A stretch of 64,000 bases of DNA from Lytechinus pictus (taxonomy: Eukaryota), in NCBI RefSeq assembly GCF_037042905.1, contig NC_087251.1, positions 49,663,358 through 49,727,357 of the forward strand, written 5' to 3'. The translations under genes and the position numbers were made by a program. The first letter of the stretch is position 1, and each line of letters begins with the position of its first letter. The notes below the pieces were generated by a model. The model worked only from the letters and a program-made list of their open reading frames with translations. It did no database searches and was not told where the DNA came from. Below, in pieces: positions 1 through 14,800 of this stretch.

Positions 1-91
1 AAATGCATGAAATATACAGATGTGTTATGTAATGACCAATTTTAATGTTACTCCTATAGTCTAGTGCCCTATGGATTTACACACATCCTAC

Positions 92-138
92 CTGTCTAGA
101 TGGAGCTCGACAATGGATGCAATGTAGGGCCAAACATC
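92..138 (-). other. Candidate 47-nt exon (unit 1 coordinates; equivalent segment in every ~985-bp unit)
   Basis: Minus strand reads ttttgcattatAG|GATGTT...CTAGACAG|GTAGGA and translates as DV[W/G]PYIASIVELHLD plus 2 nt, in phase with the 64-nt segment. Splice signals only. Confidence 0.3.
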
Positions 139-738
139 CTATAATGCAAAATTGTAGATATGCATAGTGTGCATATCTGGATGCAAGTACTGCCCACAAT
201 TATAAATACCAGATTCACACGAGTTAAATTTGATAAAAATAAAAAGAAATGAGAATTAACATACAAGCGTACTATACATTCACATCTTCCTATGACAAGG
301 GGTGTAAGAGAGAGATAGGGAGAGAGGGGGGTTAGATGGCTTGTATTCTAAAGGAATGGGGACTAGTCTGGCTAGAAATAAGTAAAAGTTAGAACAAGAT
401 AGCAGTAGCACTCATTCTCAGCCACCCCCCCCCCCCCCAAACACACTTACAATGCTTTTCTCCCCCTCCCCCCTCCCTCTTGAATCCACCACTATTCACT
501 CAAATTCTGAAGTTCTCTGTTCTCCATCCCTTTCCCATGAACCAATTTCACAATTGCAATTGATCAAAGCCTATCTAATGTTTAGTTTCCTGTAATGGGT
601 GCTATACACGAATACAGCAGTGCTCGTTGGTATACAAAAGCACACGAAAACATGCAACGCAGAGGTAACATTAGCCTACACAGCCTAGCCTAGCCTCGGT
701 ATACAAACACAGATGATCTACTAATCACAATTAGTTAC

Positions 739-802
739 CTGATATACCCCCTCTGTAGCCTTGAACATAACCATCAAGTTCAGTTTTTGGACCTCTTGAT
801 GG
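739..802 (-). other. Candidate 64-nt exon (unit 1 coordinates; equivalent segment in every ~985-bp unit)
   Basis: Minus strand reads tgcatgtttcAG|CCATCAAGAG...GGTATATCAG|GTAAC(T/A). One frame is open in all full units inspected (HQEVQK[L/M]NLMVMFKATEGVYQ). Splice signals only; no transcript evidence. Confidence 0.3.
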
Positions 803-3800
803 CTGAAACATGCATACTAGTGAAAATAATTTGCAACTAAAGAGTTTGGGCTGGTGTTTCATCCACTAGGGAATTCCCCTTGTAATAGGCCTAGTCTTGG
901 TTGCATTATATGGCACATGAAGGTTTCTTTTTTTATTTAACTTCCTGGCTTTTCTTTAACATCTGTACACTCACTTTATCACAAAGAAATGCATGAAATA
1001 TACAGATGTGTTATGTAATGACCAATTTTAATGTTACTCCTATAGTCTAGTGCCCTATGGATTTACACACATCCTACCTGTCTAGATGGAGCTCGACAAT
1101 GGATGCAATGTAGGGCCCAACATCCTATAATGCAAAATTGTAGATATGCATAGTGTGCATATCTGGATGCAAGTACTGTCCACAATTATAAATACAAGAT
1201 GCACACGAGTTAAATGAGATAACAATAAAAAGAAATGAAAATTAACATACAAGCGTACTATACATTCACATCTTCCTATGACAAGGGGTGTAAGAGAGAG
1301 ATAGGGAGAGAAGGGGGTTAGATGGCTTGTATTCTAAAGGAATGGGGACTAGTCTGGCTAGAAATAAGTAAAAGTTAGAACAAGATAGCAGTAGCACTCA
1401 TTCTCAGCCACCCCCCCCAGACATACTTACCATGCTTTTCTCCCCCTCCCCCCCCCCCCTCCCTCTTGAATCCACCACTATTCAGTCAAATTCTAAAGTT
1501 CTCTGTTCTCCATCCCTTTCCCATGAACCAATTTCACAATTGCAATTGATCAAAGCCTATCTTATGTTTAGTATCCTGTAATGGGTGCTTTACACGAATA
1601 CAGCAGTGCTCGTTTGTATACAAAAGCACACGAAAACATGCAACGCAGAGGTAACATTAGCCTACACAGCCTAGCCTAGCCTCGCTATACAAACACACAT
1701 GATCTACTAATCACAATTTGTTACCTGATATACCCCCTCTGTAGCCTTGAACATAACCATCAAGTTCATTTTTTGGACCTCTTGATGGCTGAAACATGCA
1801 TACTAGTGAAAATAATTTGCTACTGAAGAGTTTGGGCTGGTGTTTCATCCACTAGGGAATTCCCCTTGCAATATAGAACTAGTCTTGGTTGTATTATATG
1901 GCACATGAAGGTTTCTTTTTTTATTTAACTTCCTGGCTTTTCTTTAACATCTGTACACTCACTTTATCACAAAGAAATGCATGAAATATACAGATGTGTT
2001 ATGTAATGACCAATTTTAATGTTACTCCTATAGTCTAGTGCCCTATGGATTTACACACATCCTACCTGTCTAGATGGAGCTCGACAATGGATGCAATGTA
2101 GGGCCAAACATCCTATAATGCAAAATTGTAGATATGCATAGTGTGCATATCTGGATGCAAGTACTGCCCACAATTATAAATACCAGATTCACACGAGTTA
2201 AATTTGATAACAATAAAAAGAAATGAGAATTAACATACAAGCGTACTATACATTCACATCTTCCTATGACAAGGGGTGTAAGAGAGAGATAGGGAGAGAG
2301 GGGGGTTAGATGGCTTGTATTCTAAAGGAATGGGGACTAGTCTGGCTAGAAATAAGTAAAAGTTAGAACAAGATAGCAGTAGCACTTATTCTCAGCCACC
2401 CCCCCCCCCCCAGACACACTTACAATGCTTTTCTCCCCCTCCCCCCTCCCTCTTGAATCCACCACTATTCACTCAAATTCTGAAGTTCTCTGTTCTCCAT
2501 CCCTTTCCCATGAACCAATTTCACAATTGCAATTGATCAAAGCCTATCTAATGTTTAGTTTCCTGTAATGGGTGCTATACACGAATACAGCAGTGCTCGT
2601 TGGTATACAAAAGCACACGAAAACATGCAACGCAGAGGTAACATTAGCCTACACAGCCTAGCCTAGCCTCGGTATACAAACACAGATGATCTACTAATCA
2701 CAATTAGTTACCTGATATACCCCCTTTGTAGCCTTGAACATAACCATCAAGTTCAGTTTTTGGACCTCTTGATGGCTGAAACATGAATACTAGTGAAAAT
2801 AATTTGCTACTAAAGAGTTTGGGCTGGTGTTTCATCCACTAGGGAATTCCCCTTGTAATAGGCCTAGTCTTGGTTGCATTATATGGCACATGAAGGTTTC
2901 TTTTTTTATTTAACTTCCTGGCTTTTCTTTAACATCTGTACACTCACTTTATCACAAAGAAATGCATGAAATATACAGATGTGTTATGTAATGACCAATT
3001 TTAATGTTACTCCTATAGTCTAGTGCCCTATGGATTTACACACATCCTACCTGTCTAGATGGAGCTCGACAATGGATGCAATGTAGGGCCCAACATCCTA
3101 TAATGCAAAATTGTAGATATGCATAGTGTGCATATCTGGATGCAAGTACTGCCCACAATTATAAATACAAGATTCACACGAGTTAAATGAGATAACAATA
3201 AAAAGAAATGAGAATTAACATACAAGCGTACTATACATTCACATCTTCCTATGACAAGGGGTGTAAGAGAGAGATAGGGAGAGAAGGGGGTTAGATGGCT
3301 TGTATTCTAAAGGAATGGGGACTAGTCTGGCTAGAAATAAGTAAAAGTTAGAACAAGATAGCAGTAGCACTCATTCTCAGCCACCCCCCCCCCCCAGACA
3401 TACTTACCATGCTTTTCTCCCCCTCCCCCCCCCCCTCCCTCTTGAATCCACCACTATTCAGTCAAATTCTAAAGTTCTCTGTTCTCCATCCCTTTCCCAT
3501 GAACCAATTTCACAATTGCAATTGATCAAAGCCTATCTTATGTTTAGTATCCTGTAATGGGTGCTTTACACGAATACAGCAGTGCTCGTTTGTATACAAA
3601 AGCACACGAAAACATGCAACGCAGAGGTAACATTAGCCTACACAGCCTAGCCTAGCCTCGCTATACAAACACACATGATCTACTAATCACAATTTGTTAC
3701 CTGATATACCCCCTCTGTAGCCTTGAACATAACCATCAAGTTCATTTTTTGGACCTCTTGATGGCTGAAACATGCATACTAGTGAAAATAATTTGCTACT

Positions 3801-6800
3801 GAAGAGTTTGGGCTGGTGTTTCATCCACTAGGGAATTCCCCTTGCAATATAGGCCTAGTCTTGGTTGTATTATATGGCACATGAAGGTTTCTTTTTTTAT
3901 TTAACTTCCTGGCTTTTCTTTAACATCTGTACACTCACTTTATCACAAAGAAATGCATGAAATATACAGATGTGTTATGTAATGACCAATTTTAATGTTA
4001 CTCCTATAGTCTAGTGCCCTATGGATTTACACACATCCTACCTGTCTAGATGGAGCTCGACAATGGATGCAATGTAGGGCCAAACATCCTATAATGCAAA
4101 ATTGTAGATATGCATAGTGTGCATATCTGGATGCAAGTACTGCCCACAATTATAAATACCAGATTCACACGAGTTAAATTTGATAACAATAAAAAGAAAT
4201 GAGAATTAACATACAAGCGTACTATACATTCACATCTTCCTATGACAAGGGGTGTAAGAGAGAGATAGGGAGAGAGGGGGGTTAGATGGCTTGTATTCTA
4301 AAGGAATGGGGACTAGTCTGGCTAGAAATAAGTAAAAGTTAGAACAAGATAGCAGTAGCACTTATTCTCAGCCACCCCCCCCCCCCAGACACACTTACAA
4401 TGCTTTTCTCCCCCTCCCCCCTCCCTCTTGAATCCACCACTATTCACTCAAATTCTGAAGTTCTCTGTTCTCCATCCCTTTCCCATGAACCAATTTCACA
4501 ATTGCAATTGATCAAAGCCTATCTAATGTTTAGTTTCCTGTAATGGGTGCTATACACGAATACAGCAGTGCTCGTTGGTATACAAAAGCACACGAAAACA
4601 TGCAACGCAGAGGTAACATTAGCCTACACAGCCTAGCCTAGCCTCGGTATACAAACACAGATGATCTACTAATCACAATTAGTTACCTGATATACCCCCT
4701 CTGTAGCCTTGAACATAACCATCAAGTTCAGTTTTTGGACCTCTTGATGGCTGAAACATGAATACTAGTGAAAATAATTTGCTACTAAAGAGTTTGGGCT
4801 GGTGTTTCATCCACTAGGGAATTCCCCTTGTAATAGGCCTAGTCTTGGTTGCATTATATGGCACATGAAGGTTTCTTTTTTTATTTAACTTCCTGGCTTT
4901 TCTTTAACATCTGTACACTCACTTTATCACAAAGAAATGCATGAAATATACAGATGTGTTATGTAATGACCAATTTTAATGTTACTCCTATAGTCTAGTG
5001 CCCTATGGATTTACACACATCCTACCTGTCTAGATGGAGCTCGACAATGGATGCAATGTAGGGCCCAACATCCTATAATGCAAAATTGTAGATATGCATA
5101 GTGTGCATATCTGGATGCAAGTACTGCCCACAATTATAAATACAAGATTCACACGAGTTAAATGAGATAACAATAAAAAGAAATGAGAATTAACATACAA
5201 GCGTACTATACATTCACATCTTCCTATGACAAGGGGTGTAAGAGAGAGATAGGGAGAGAGGGGGGTTAGATGGCTTGTATTCTAAAGGAATGGGGACTAG
5301 TCTGGCTAGAAATAAGTAAAAGTTAGAACAAGATAGCAGTAGCACTTATTCTCAGCCACCCCCCCCCCAGACACACTTACAATGCTTTTCTCCCCCTCCC
5401 CCCTCCCTCTTGAATCCACCACTATTCACTCAAATTCTGAAGTTCTCTGTTCTCCATCCCTTTCCCATGAACCAATTTCACAATTGCAATTGATCAAAGC
5501 CTATCTAATGTTTAGTATCCTGTAATGGGTGCTTTACACGAATACAGCAGTGCTCGTTGGTATACAAAAGCACACGAAAACATGCAACGCAGAGGTAACA
5601 TTAGCCTACACAGCCTAGCCTAGCCTCGCTATACAAACACACATGATCTACTAATCACAATTTGTTACCTGATATACCCCCTCTGTAGCCTTAAACATAA
5701 CCATCAAGTTCATTTTTTGGACCTCTTGATGGCTGAAACATGCATACTAGTGAAAATAATTTGCTACTAAAGAGTTTGGGCTGGTGTTTCATCCACTAGG
5801 GAATTCCCCTTGTAATAGGCCTAGTCTTGGTTGCATTATATGGCACATGAAGGTTTCTTTTTTTATTTAACTTCCTGGCTTTTCTTTAACATCTGTACAC
5901 TCACTTTATCACAAAGAAATGCATGAAATATACAGATGTGTTATGTAATGACCAATTTTAATGTTACTCCTATAGTCTAGTGCCCTATGGATTTACACAC
6001 ATCCTACCTGTCTAGATGGAGCTCGACAATGGATGCAATGTAGGGCCCAACATCCTATAATGCAAAATTGTAGATATGCATAGTGTGCATATCTGGATGC
6101 AAGTACTGCCCACAATTATAAATACAAGATTCACACGAGTTAAATGAGATAACAATAAAAAGAAATGAGAATTAACATACAAGCGTACTATACATTCACA
6201 TCTTCCTATGACAATGGGTGTAAGAGAGAGATAGGGAGAGAGGGGGGTTAGATGGCTTGTATTCTAAAGGAATGGGGACTAGTCTGGCTAGAAATAAGTA
6301 AAAGTTAGAACAAGATAGCAGTAGCACTCATTCTCAGCCACCCCCCCCCCCCAGACACACTTACAATGCTTTTCTCCCCCTCCCCCCTCCCTCTTGAATC
6401 CACCACTATTCACTCAAATTCTGAAGTTCTCTGTTCTCCATCCCTTTCCCATGAACCAATTTCACAATTGCAATTGATCAAAGCCTATCTTATGTTTAGT
6501 ATCCTGTAATGGGTGCTTTACACGAATACAGCAGTGCTCGTTGGTATACAAAAGCACACGAAAACATGCAACGCAGAGGTAACATTAGCCTACACAGCCT
6601 AGCCTAGCCTCGCTATACAAACACACATGATCTACTAATCACAATTTGTTACCTGATATACCCCCTCTGTAGCCTTGAACATAACCATCAAGTTCATTTT
6701 TTGGACCTCTTGATGGCTGAAACATGCATACTAGTGAAAATAATTTGCTACTAAAGAGTTTGGGCTGGTGTTTCATCCACTAGGGAATTCCCCTTGTAAT

Positions 6801-8869
6801 AGGCCTAGTCTTGGTTGCATTATATGGCACATGAAGGTTTCTTTTTTTATTTAACTTCCTGGCTTTTCTTTAACATCTGTACACTCACTTTATCACAAAG
6901 AAATGCATGAAATATACAGATGTGTTATGTAATGACCAATTTTAATGTTACTCCTATAGTCTAGTGCCCTATGGATTTACACACATCCTACCTGTCTAGA
7001 TGGAGCTCGACAATGGATGCAATGTAGGGCCCAACATCCAATAATGCAAAATTGTAGATATGCATAGTGTGCATATCTGGATGCAAGTACTGCCCACAAT
7101 TATAAATACAAGATTCACACGAGTTAAATGAGATAACAATAAAAAGAAATGAGAATTAACATACAAGCGTACTATACATTCACATCTTCCTATGACAAGG
7201 GGTGTAAGAGAGAGATAGGGAGAGAGGGGGGTTAGATGGCTTGTATTCTAAAGGAATGGGGACTAGTCTGGCTAGAAATAAGTAAAAGTTAGAACAAGAT
7301 AGCAGTAGCACTCATTCTCAGCCACCCCCCCCCCCAGACACACTTACAATGCTTTTCTCCCCCTCCCCCCTCCCTCTTGAATCCACCACTATTCACTCAA
7401 ATTCTGAAGTTCTCTGTTCTCCATCCCTTTCCCATGAACCAATTTCACAATTGCAATTGATCAAAGCCTATCTTATGTTTAGTATCCTGTAATGGGTGCT
7501 TTACACGAATACAGCAGTGCTCGTTGGTATACAAAAGCACACGAAAACATGCAACGCAGAGGTAACATTAGCCTACACAGCCTAGCCTAGCCTCGCTATA
7601 CAAACACACATGATCTACTAATCACAATTTGTTACCTGATATACCCCCTCTGTAGCCTTAAACATAACCATCAAGTTCATTTTTTGGACCTCTTGATGGC
7701 TGAAACATGCATACTAGTGAAAATAATTTGCTACTAAAGAGTTTGGGCTGGTGTTTCATCCACTAGGGAATTCCCCTTGTAATAGGCCTAGTCTTGGTTG
7801 CATTATATGGCACATGAAGGTTTCTTTTTTTATTTAACTTCCTGGCTTTTCTTTAACATCTGTACACTCACTTTATCACAAAGAAATGCATGAAATATAC
7901 AGATGTGTTATGTAATGACCAATTTTAATGTTACTCCTATAGTCTAGTGCCCTATGGATTTACACACATCCTACCTGTCTAGATGGAGCTCGACAATGGA
8001 TGCAATGTAGGGCCCAACATCCTATAATGCAAAATTGTAGATATGCATAGTGTGCATATCTGGATGCAAGTACTGCCCACAATTATAAATACAAGATTCA
8101 CACGAGTTAAATGAGATAACAATAAAAAGAAATGAGAATTAACATACAAGCGTACTATACATTCACATCTTCCTATGACAAGGGGTGTAAGAGAGAGATA
8201 GGGAGAGAGGGGGGTTAGATGGCTTGTATTCTAAAGGAATGGGGACTAGTCTGGCTAGAAATAAGTAAAAGTTAGAACAAGATAGCAGTAGCACTCATTC
8301 TCAGCCACCCCCCCCCCCCCCAGACACACTTACAATGCTTTTCTCCCCCTCCCCCCTCCCTCTTGAATCCACCACTATTCACTCAAATTCTGAAGTTCTC
8401 TGTTCTCCATCCCTTTCCCATGAACCAATTTCACAATTGCAATTGATCAAAGCCTATCTTATGTTTAGTATCCTGTAATGGGTGCTTTACACGAATACAG
8501 CAGTGCTCGTTGGTATACAAAAGCACACAAAAACATGCAACGCAGAGGTAACATTAGCCTACACAGCCTAGCCTAGCCTCGCTATACAAACACACATGAT
8601 CTACTAATCACAATTTGTTACCTGATATACCCCCTCTGTAGCCTTGAACATAACCATCAAGTTCATTTTTTGGACCTCTTGATGGCTGAAACATGCATAC
8701 TAGTGAAAATAATTTGCTACTAAAGAGTTTGGGCTGGTGTTTCATCCACTAGGGAATTCCCCTTGTAATAGGCCTAGTCTTGGTTGCATTATATGGCACA
8801 TGAAGGTTTCTTTTTTTATTTAACTTCCTGGCTTTTCTTTAACATCTGTACACTCACTTTATCACAAAG

Positions 8870-11800
8870 AAATGCATGAAATATACAGATGTGTTATGTA
8901 ATGACCAATTTTAATGTTACTCCTATAGTCTAGTGCCCTATGGATTTACACACATCCTACCTGTCTAGATGGAGCTCGACAATGGATGCAATGTAGGGCC
9001 CAACATCCTATAATGCAAAATTGTAGATATGCATAGTGTGCATATCTGGATGCAAGTACTGCCCACAATTATAAATACAAGATTCACACGAGTTAAATGA
9101 GATAACAATAAAAAGAAATGAGAATTAACATACAAGCGTACTATACATTCACATCTTCCTATGACAAGGGGTGTAAGAGAGAGATAGGGAGAGAGGGGGG
9201 TTAGATGGCTTGTATTCTAAAGGAATGGGGACTAGTCTGGCTAGAAATAAGTAAAAGTTAGAACAAGATAGCAGTAGCACTCATTCTTAGCCACCCCCCC
9301 AGACATACTTACCATGCTTTTCTCCCCCTTCCCCCCCCCCTCCCTCTTGAATCCACCACTATTCAGTCAAATTCTAAAGTTCTCTGTTCTCCATCCCTTT
9401 CCCATGAACCAATTTCACAATTGCAATTGATCAAAGCCTATCTTATGTTTAGTATCCTGTAATGGGTGCTTTACACGAATACAGCAGTGCTCGTTGGTAT
9501 ACAAAAGCACACGAAAACATGCAACGCAGAGGTAACATTAGCCTACACAGCCTAGCCTAGCCTCGCTATACAAACACACATGATCTACTAATCACAATTT
9601 GTTACCTGATATACCCCCTCTGTAGCCTTGAACATAACCATCAAGTTCATTTTTTGGACCTCTTGATGGCTGAAACATGGATACTAGTGAAAATAATTTG
9701 CTACTGAAGAGTTTGGGCTGGTGTTTCATCCACTAGGGAATTCCCCTTGCAATATAGGCCTAGTCTTGGTTGTATTATATGGCAAATGAAGGTTTCTTTT
9801 TTTATTTAACTTCCTGGCTTTTCTTTAACATCTGTACACTCACTTTATCACAAAGAAATGCATGAAATATACAGATGTGTTATGTAATGACCAATTTTAA
9901 TGTTACTCCTATAGTCTAGTGCCCTATGGATTTACACACATCCTACCTGTCTAGATGGAGCTCGACAATGGATGCAATGTAGGGCCCAACATCCTATAAT
10001 GCAAAATTGTAGATATGCATAGTGTGCATATCTGGATGCAAGTACTGCCCACAATTATAAATACCAGATTCACACGAGTTAAATTTGATAACAATAAAAA
10101 GAAATGAGAATTAACATACAAGCGTACTATACATTCACATCTTCCTATGACAAGGGGTGTAAGAGAGAGATAGGGAGAGAGGGGGGTTAGATGGCTTGTA
10201 TTCTAAAGGAATGGGGACTAGTCTGGCTAGAAATAAGTAAAAGTTAGAACAAGATAGCAGTAGCACTCATTCTCAGCCACCCCCCCCCCCAGACACACTT
10301 ACAATGCTTTTCTCCCCCTCCCCCCTCCCTCTTGAATCCACCACTATTCACTCAAATTCTGAAGTTCTCTGTTCTCCATCCCTTTCCCATGAACCAATTT
10401 CACAATTGCAATTGATCAAAGCCTATCTAATGTTTAGTTTCCTGTAATGGGTGCTATACACGAATACAGCAGTGCTCGTTGGTATACAAAAGCACACGAA
10501 AACATGCAACGCAGAGGTAACATTAGCCTACACAGCCTAGCCTAGCCTCGGTATACAAACACAGATGATCTACTAATCACAATTTGTTACCTGATATACC
10601 CCCTCTGTAGCCTTAAACATAACCATCAAGTTCATTTTTTGGACCTCTTGATGGCTGAAACATGCATACTAGTGAAAATAATTTGCTACTAAAGAGTTTG
10701 GGCTGGTGTTTCATCCACTAGGGAATTCCCCTTGTAATAGGCCTAGTCTTGGTTGCATTATATGGCACACGAAGGTTTCTTTTTTTATTTAACTTCCTGG
10801 CTTTTCTTTAACATCTGTACACTCACTTTATCACAAAGAAATGCATGAAATATACAGATGTGTTATGTAATGACCAATTTTAATGTTACTCCTATAGTCT
10901 AGTGCCCTATGGATTTACACACATCCTACCTGTCTAGATGGAGCTCGACAATGGATGCAATGTAGGGCCCAACATCCTATAATGCAAAATTGTAGATATG
11001 CATAGTGTGCATATCTGGATGCAAGTACTGCCCACAATTATAAATACAAGATTCACACGAGTTAAATGAGATAACAATAAAAAGAAATGAGAATTAACAT
11101 ACAAGCGTACTATACATTCACATCTTCCTATGACAAGGGGTGTAAGAGAGAGATAGGGAGAGAGGGGGGTTAGATGGCTTGTATTCTAAAGGAATGGGGA
11201 CTAGTCTGGCTAGAAATAAGTAAAAGTTAGAACAAGATAGCAGTAGCACTCATTCTCAGCCACCCCCCCCCCCCAGACACACTTACAATGCTTTTCTCCC
11301 CCTCCCCCCTCCCTCTTGAATCCAACACTATTCACTCAAATTTTGAAGTTCTCTGTTCTCCATCCCTTTCCCATGAACCAATTTCACAATTGCAATTGAT
11401 CAAAGCCTATCTTATGTTTAGTATCCTGTAATGGGTGCTTTACACGAATACAGCAGTGCTCGTTGGTATACAAAAGCACACGAAAACATGCAACGCAGAG
11501 GTAACATTAGCCTACACAGCCTAGCCTAGCCTCGCTATACAAACACACATGATCTACTAATCACAATTTGTTACCTGATATACCCCCTCTGTAGCCTTGA
11601 ACATAACCATCAAGTTCATTTTTTGGACCTCTTGATGGCTGAAACATGCATACTAGTGAAAATAATTTGCTACTAAAGAGTTTGGGCTGGTGTTTCATCC
11701 ACTAGGGAATTCCCCTTGTAATAGGCCTAGTCTTGGTTGCATTATATGGCACATGAAGGTTTCTTTTTTTATTTAACTTCCTGGCTTTTCTTTAACATCT

Positions 11801-14800
11801 GTACACTCACTTTATCACAAAGAAATGCATGAAATATACAGATGTGTTATGTAATGACCAATTTTAATGTTACTCCTATAGTCTAGTGCCCTATGGATTT
11901 ACACACATCCTACCTGTCTAGATGGAGCTCGACAATGGATGCAATGTAGGGCCCAACATCCTATAATGCAAAATTGTAGATATGCATAGTGTGCATATCT
12001 GGATGCAAGTACTGCCCACAATTATAAATACAAGATTCACACGAGTTAAATGAGATAACAATAAAAAGAAATGAGAATTAACATACAAGCGTACTATACA
12101 TTCACATCTTCCTATGACAAGGGGTGTAAGAGAGAGATAGGGAGAGAGGGGGGTTAGATGGCTTGTATTCTAAAGGAATGGGGACTAGTCTGGCTAGAAA
12201 TAAGTAAAAGTTAGAACAAGATAGCAGTAGCACTCATTCTTAGCCACCCCCCCAGACATACTTACCATGCTTTTCTCCCCCTTCCCCCCCCCCTCCCTCT
12301 TGAATCCACCACTATTCAGTCAAATTCTAAAGTTCTCTGTTCTCCATCCCTTTCCCATGAACCAATTTCACAATTGCAATTGATCAAAGCCTATCTTATG
12401 TTTAGTATCCTGTAATGGGTGCTTTACACGAATACAGCAGTGCTCGTTGGTATACAAAAGCACACGAAAACATGCAACGCAGAGGTAACATTAGCCTACA
12501 CAGCCTAGCCTAGCCTCGCTATACAAACACACATGATCTACTAATCACAATTTGTTACCTGATATACCCCCTCTGTAGCCTTGAACATAACCATCAAGTT
12601 CATTTTTTGGACCTCTTGATGGCTGAAACATGGATACTAGTGAAAATAATTTGCTACTGAAGAGTTTGGGCTGGTGTTTCATCCACTAGGGAATTCCCCT
12701 TGCAATATAGGCCTAGTCTTGGTTGTATTATATGGCACATGAAGGTTTCTTTTTTTATTTAACTTCCTGGCTTTTCTTTAACATCTGTACACTCACTTTA
12801 TCACAAAGAAATGCATGAAATATACAGATGTGTTATGTAATGACCAATTTTAATGTTACTCCTATAGTCTAGTGCCCTATGGATTTACACACATCCTACC
12901 TGTCTAGATGGAGCTCGACAATGGATGCAATGTAGGGCCAAACATCCTATAATGCAAAATTGTAGATATGCATAGTGTGCATATCTGGATGCAAGTACTG
13001 CCCACAATTATAAATACCAGATTCACACAAGTTAAATTTGATAACAATAAAAAGAAATGAGAATTAACATACAAGCGTACTATACATTCACATCTTCCTA
13101 TGACAAGGGGTGTAAGAGAGAGATAGGGAGAGAGGGGGGTTAGATGGCTTGTATTCTAAAGGAATGGGGACTAGTCTGGCTAGAAATAAGTAAAAGTTAG
13201 AACAAGATAGCAGTAGCACTCATTCTCAGCCACCCCCCCCCCCAGACACACTTACAATGCTTTTCTCCCCCTCCCCCCTCCCTCTTGAATCCACCACTAT
13301 TCACTCAAATTCTGAAGTTCTCTGTTCTCCATCCCTTTCCCATGAACCAATTTCACAATTGCAATTGATCAAAGCCTATCTAATGTTTAGTTTCCTGTAA
13401 TGGGTGCTATACACGAATCCAGCAGTGCTCGTTGGTATACAAAAGCACACGAAAACATGCAACGCAGAGGTAACATTAGCCTACACAGCCTAGCCTAGCC
13501 TCGGTATACAAACACAGATGATCTACTAATCACAATTTGTTACCTGATATACCCCCTCTGTAGCCTTAAACATAACCATCAAGTTCATTTTTTGGACCTC
13601 TTGATGGCTGAAACATGCATACTAGTGAAAATAATTTGCTACTAAAGAGTTTGGGCTGGTGTTTCATCCACTAGGGAATTCCCCTTGTAATAGGCCTAGT
13701 CTTGGTTGCATTATATGGCACATGAAGGTTTCTTTTTTTATTTAACTTCCTGGCTTTTCTTTAACATCTGTACACTCACTTTATCACAAAGAAATGCATG
13801 AAATATACAGATGTGTTATGTAATGACCAATTTTAATGTTACTCCTATAGTCTAGTGCCCTATGGATTTACACACATCCTACCTGTCTAGATGGAGCTCG
13901 ACAATGGATGCAATGTAGGGCCCAACATCCTATAATGCAAAATTGTAGATATGCATAGTGTGCATATCTGGATGCAAGTACTGCCCACAATTATAAATAC
14001 AAGATTCACACGAGTTAAATGAGATAACAATAAAAAGAAATGAGAATTAACATACAAGCGTACTATACATTCACATCTTCCTATGACAAGGGGTGTAAGA
14101 GAGAGATAGGGAGAGAGGGGGGTTAGATGGCTTGTATTCTAAAGGAATGGGGACTAGTCTGGCTAGAAATAAGTAAAAGTTAGAACAAGATAGCAGTAGC
14201 ACTCATTCTCAGCCACCCCCCCCCCCCAGACACACTTACAATGCTTTTCTCCCCCTCCCCCCTCCCTCTTGAATCCACCACTATTCACTCAAATTCTGAA
14301 GTTCTCTGTTCTCCATCCCTTTCCCATGAACCAATTTCACAATTGCAATTGATCAAAGCCTATCTTATGTTTAGTATCCTGTAATGGGTGCTTTACACGA
14401 ATACAGCAGTGCTCGTTGGTATACAAAAGCACACGAAAACATGCAACGCAGAGGTAACATTAGCCTACACAGCCTAGCCTAGCCTCGCTATACAAACACA
14501 CATGATCTACTAATCACAAATTTGTTACCTGATATACCCCCTCTGTAGCCTTGAACATAACCATCAAGTTCAGTTTTTGGACCTCTTGATGGCTGAAACA
14601 TGAATACTAGTGAAAATAATTTGCTACTAAAGAGTTTGGGCTGGTGTTTCATCCACTAGGGAATTCCCCTTGTAATAGGCCTAGTCTTGGTTGCATTATA
14701 TGGCACATGAAGGTTTCTTTTTTTATTTAACTTCCTGGCTTTTCTTTAACATCTGTACACTCACTTTATCACAAAGAAATGCATGAAATATACAGATGTG

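Noticed and set aside
156..178. Hairpin AGATATGCA-TAGTG-TGCATATCT as a miRNA/snoRNA precursor or terminator
   Set aside because: The stem is only 9-10 bp, too short for a pre-miRNA, and no C/D or H/ACA box arrangement was found.
652..800. Plus-strand mini-gene: ATGCAACGCAGAG|GTAACA ... TACTAAT ... CTCTGTAG|
   Set aside because: Splicing would yield only a ~17-aa peptide before TGA, with no further support. It shows that splice-like motifs can arise by chance in this unit.
1423..1431. ATACTTACC in B-type units resembling the U1 snRNA 5' end (tandem snRNA gene array)
   Set aside because: Only 9 nt match. The downstream sequence shows no U1 stem-loops or Sm site, and A/C-type units read ACACTTACA.
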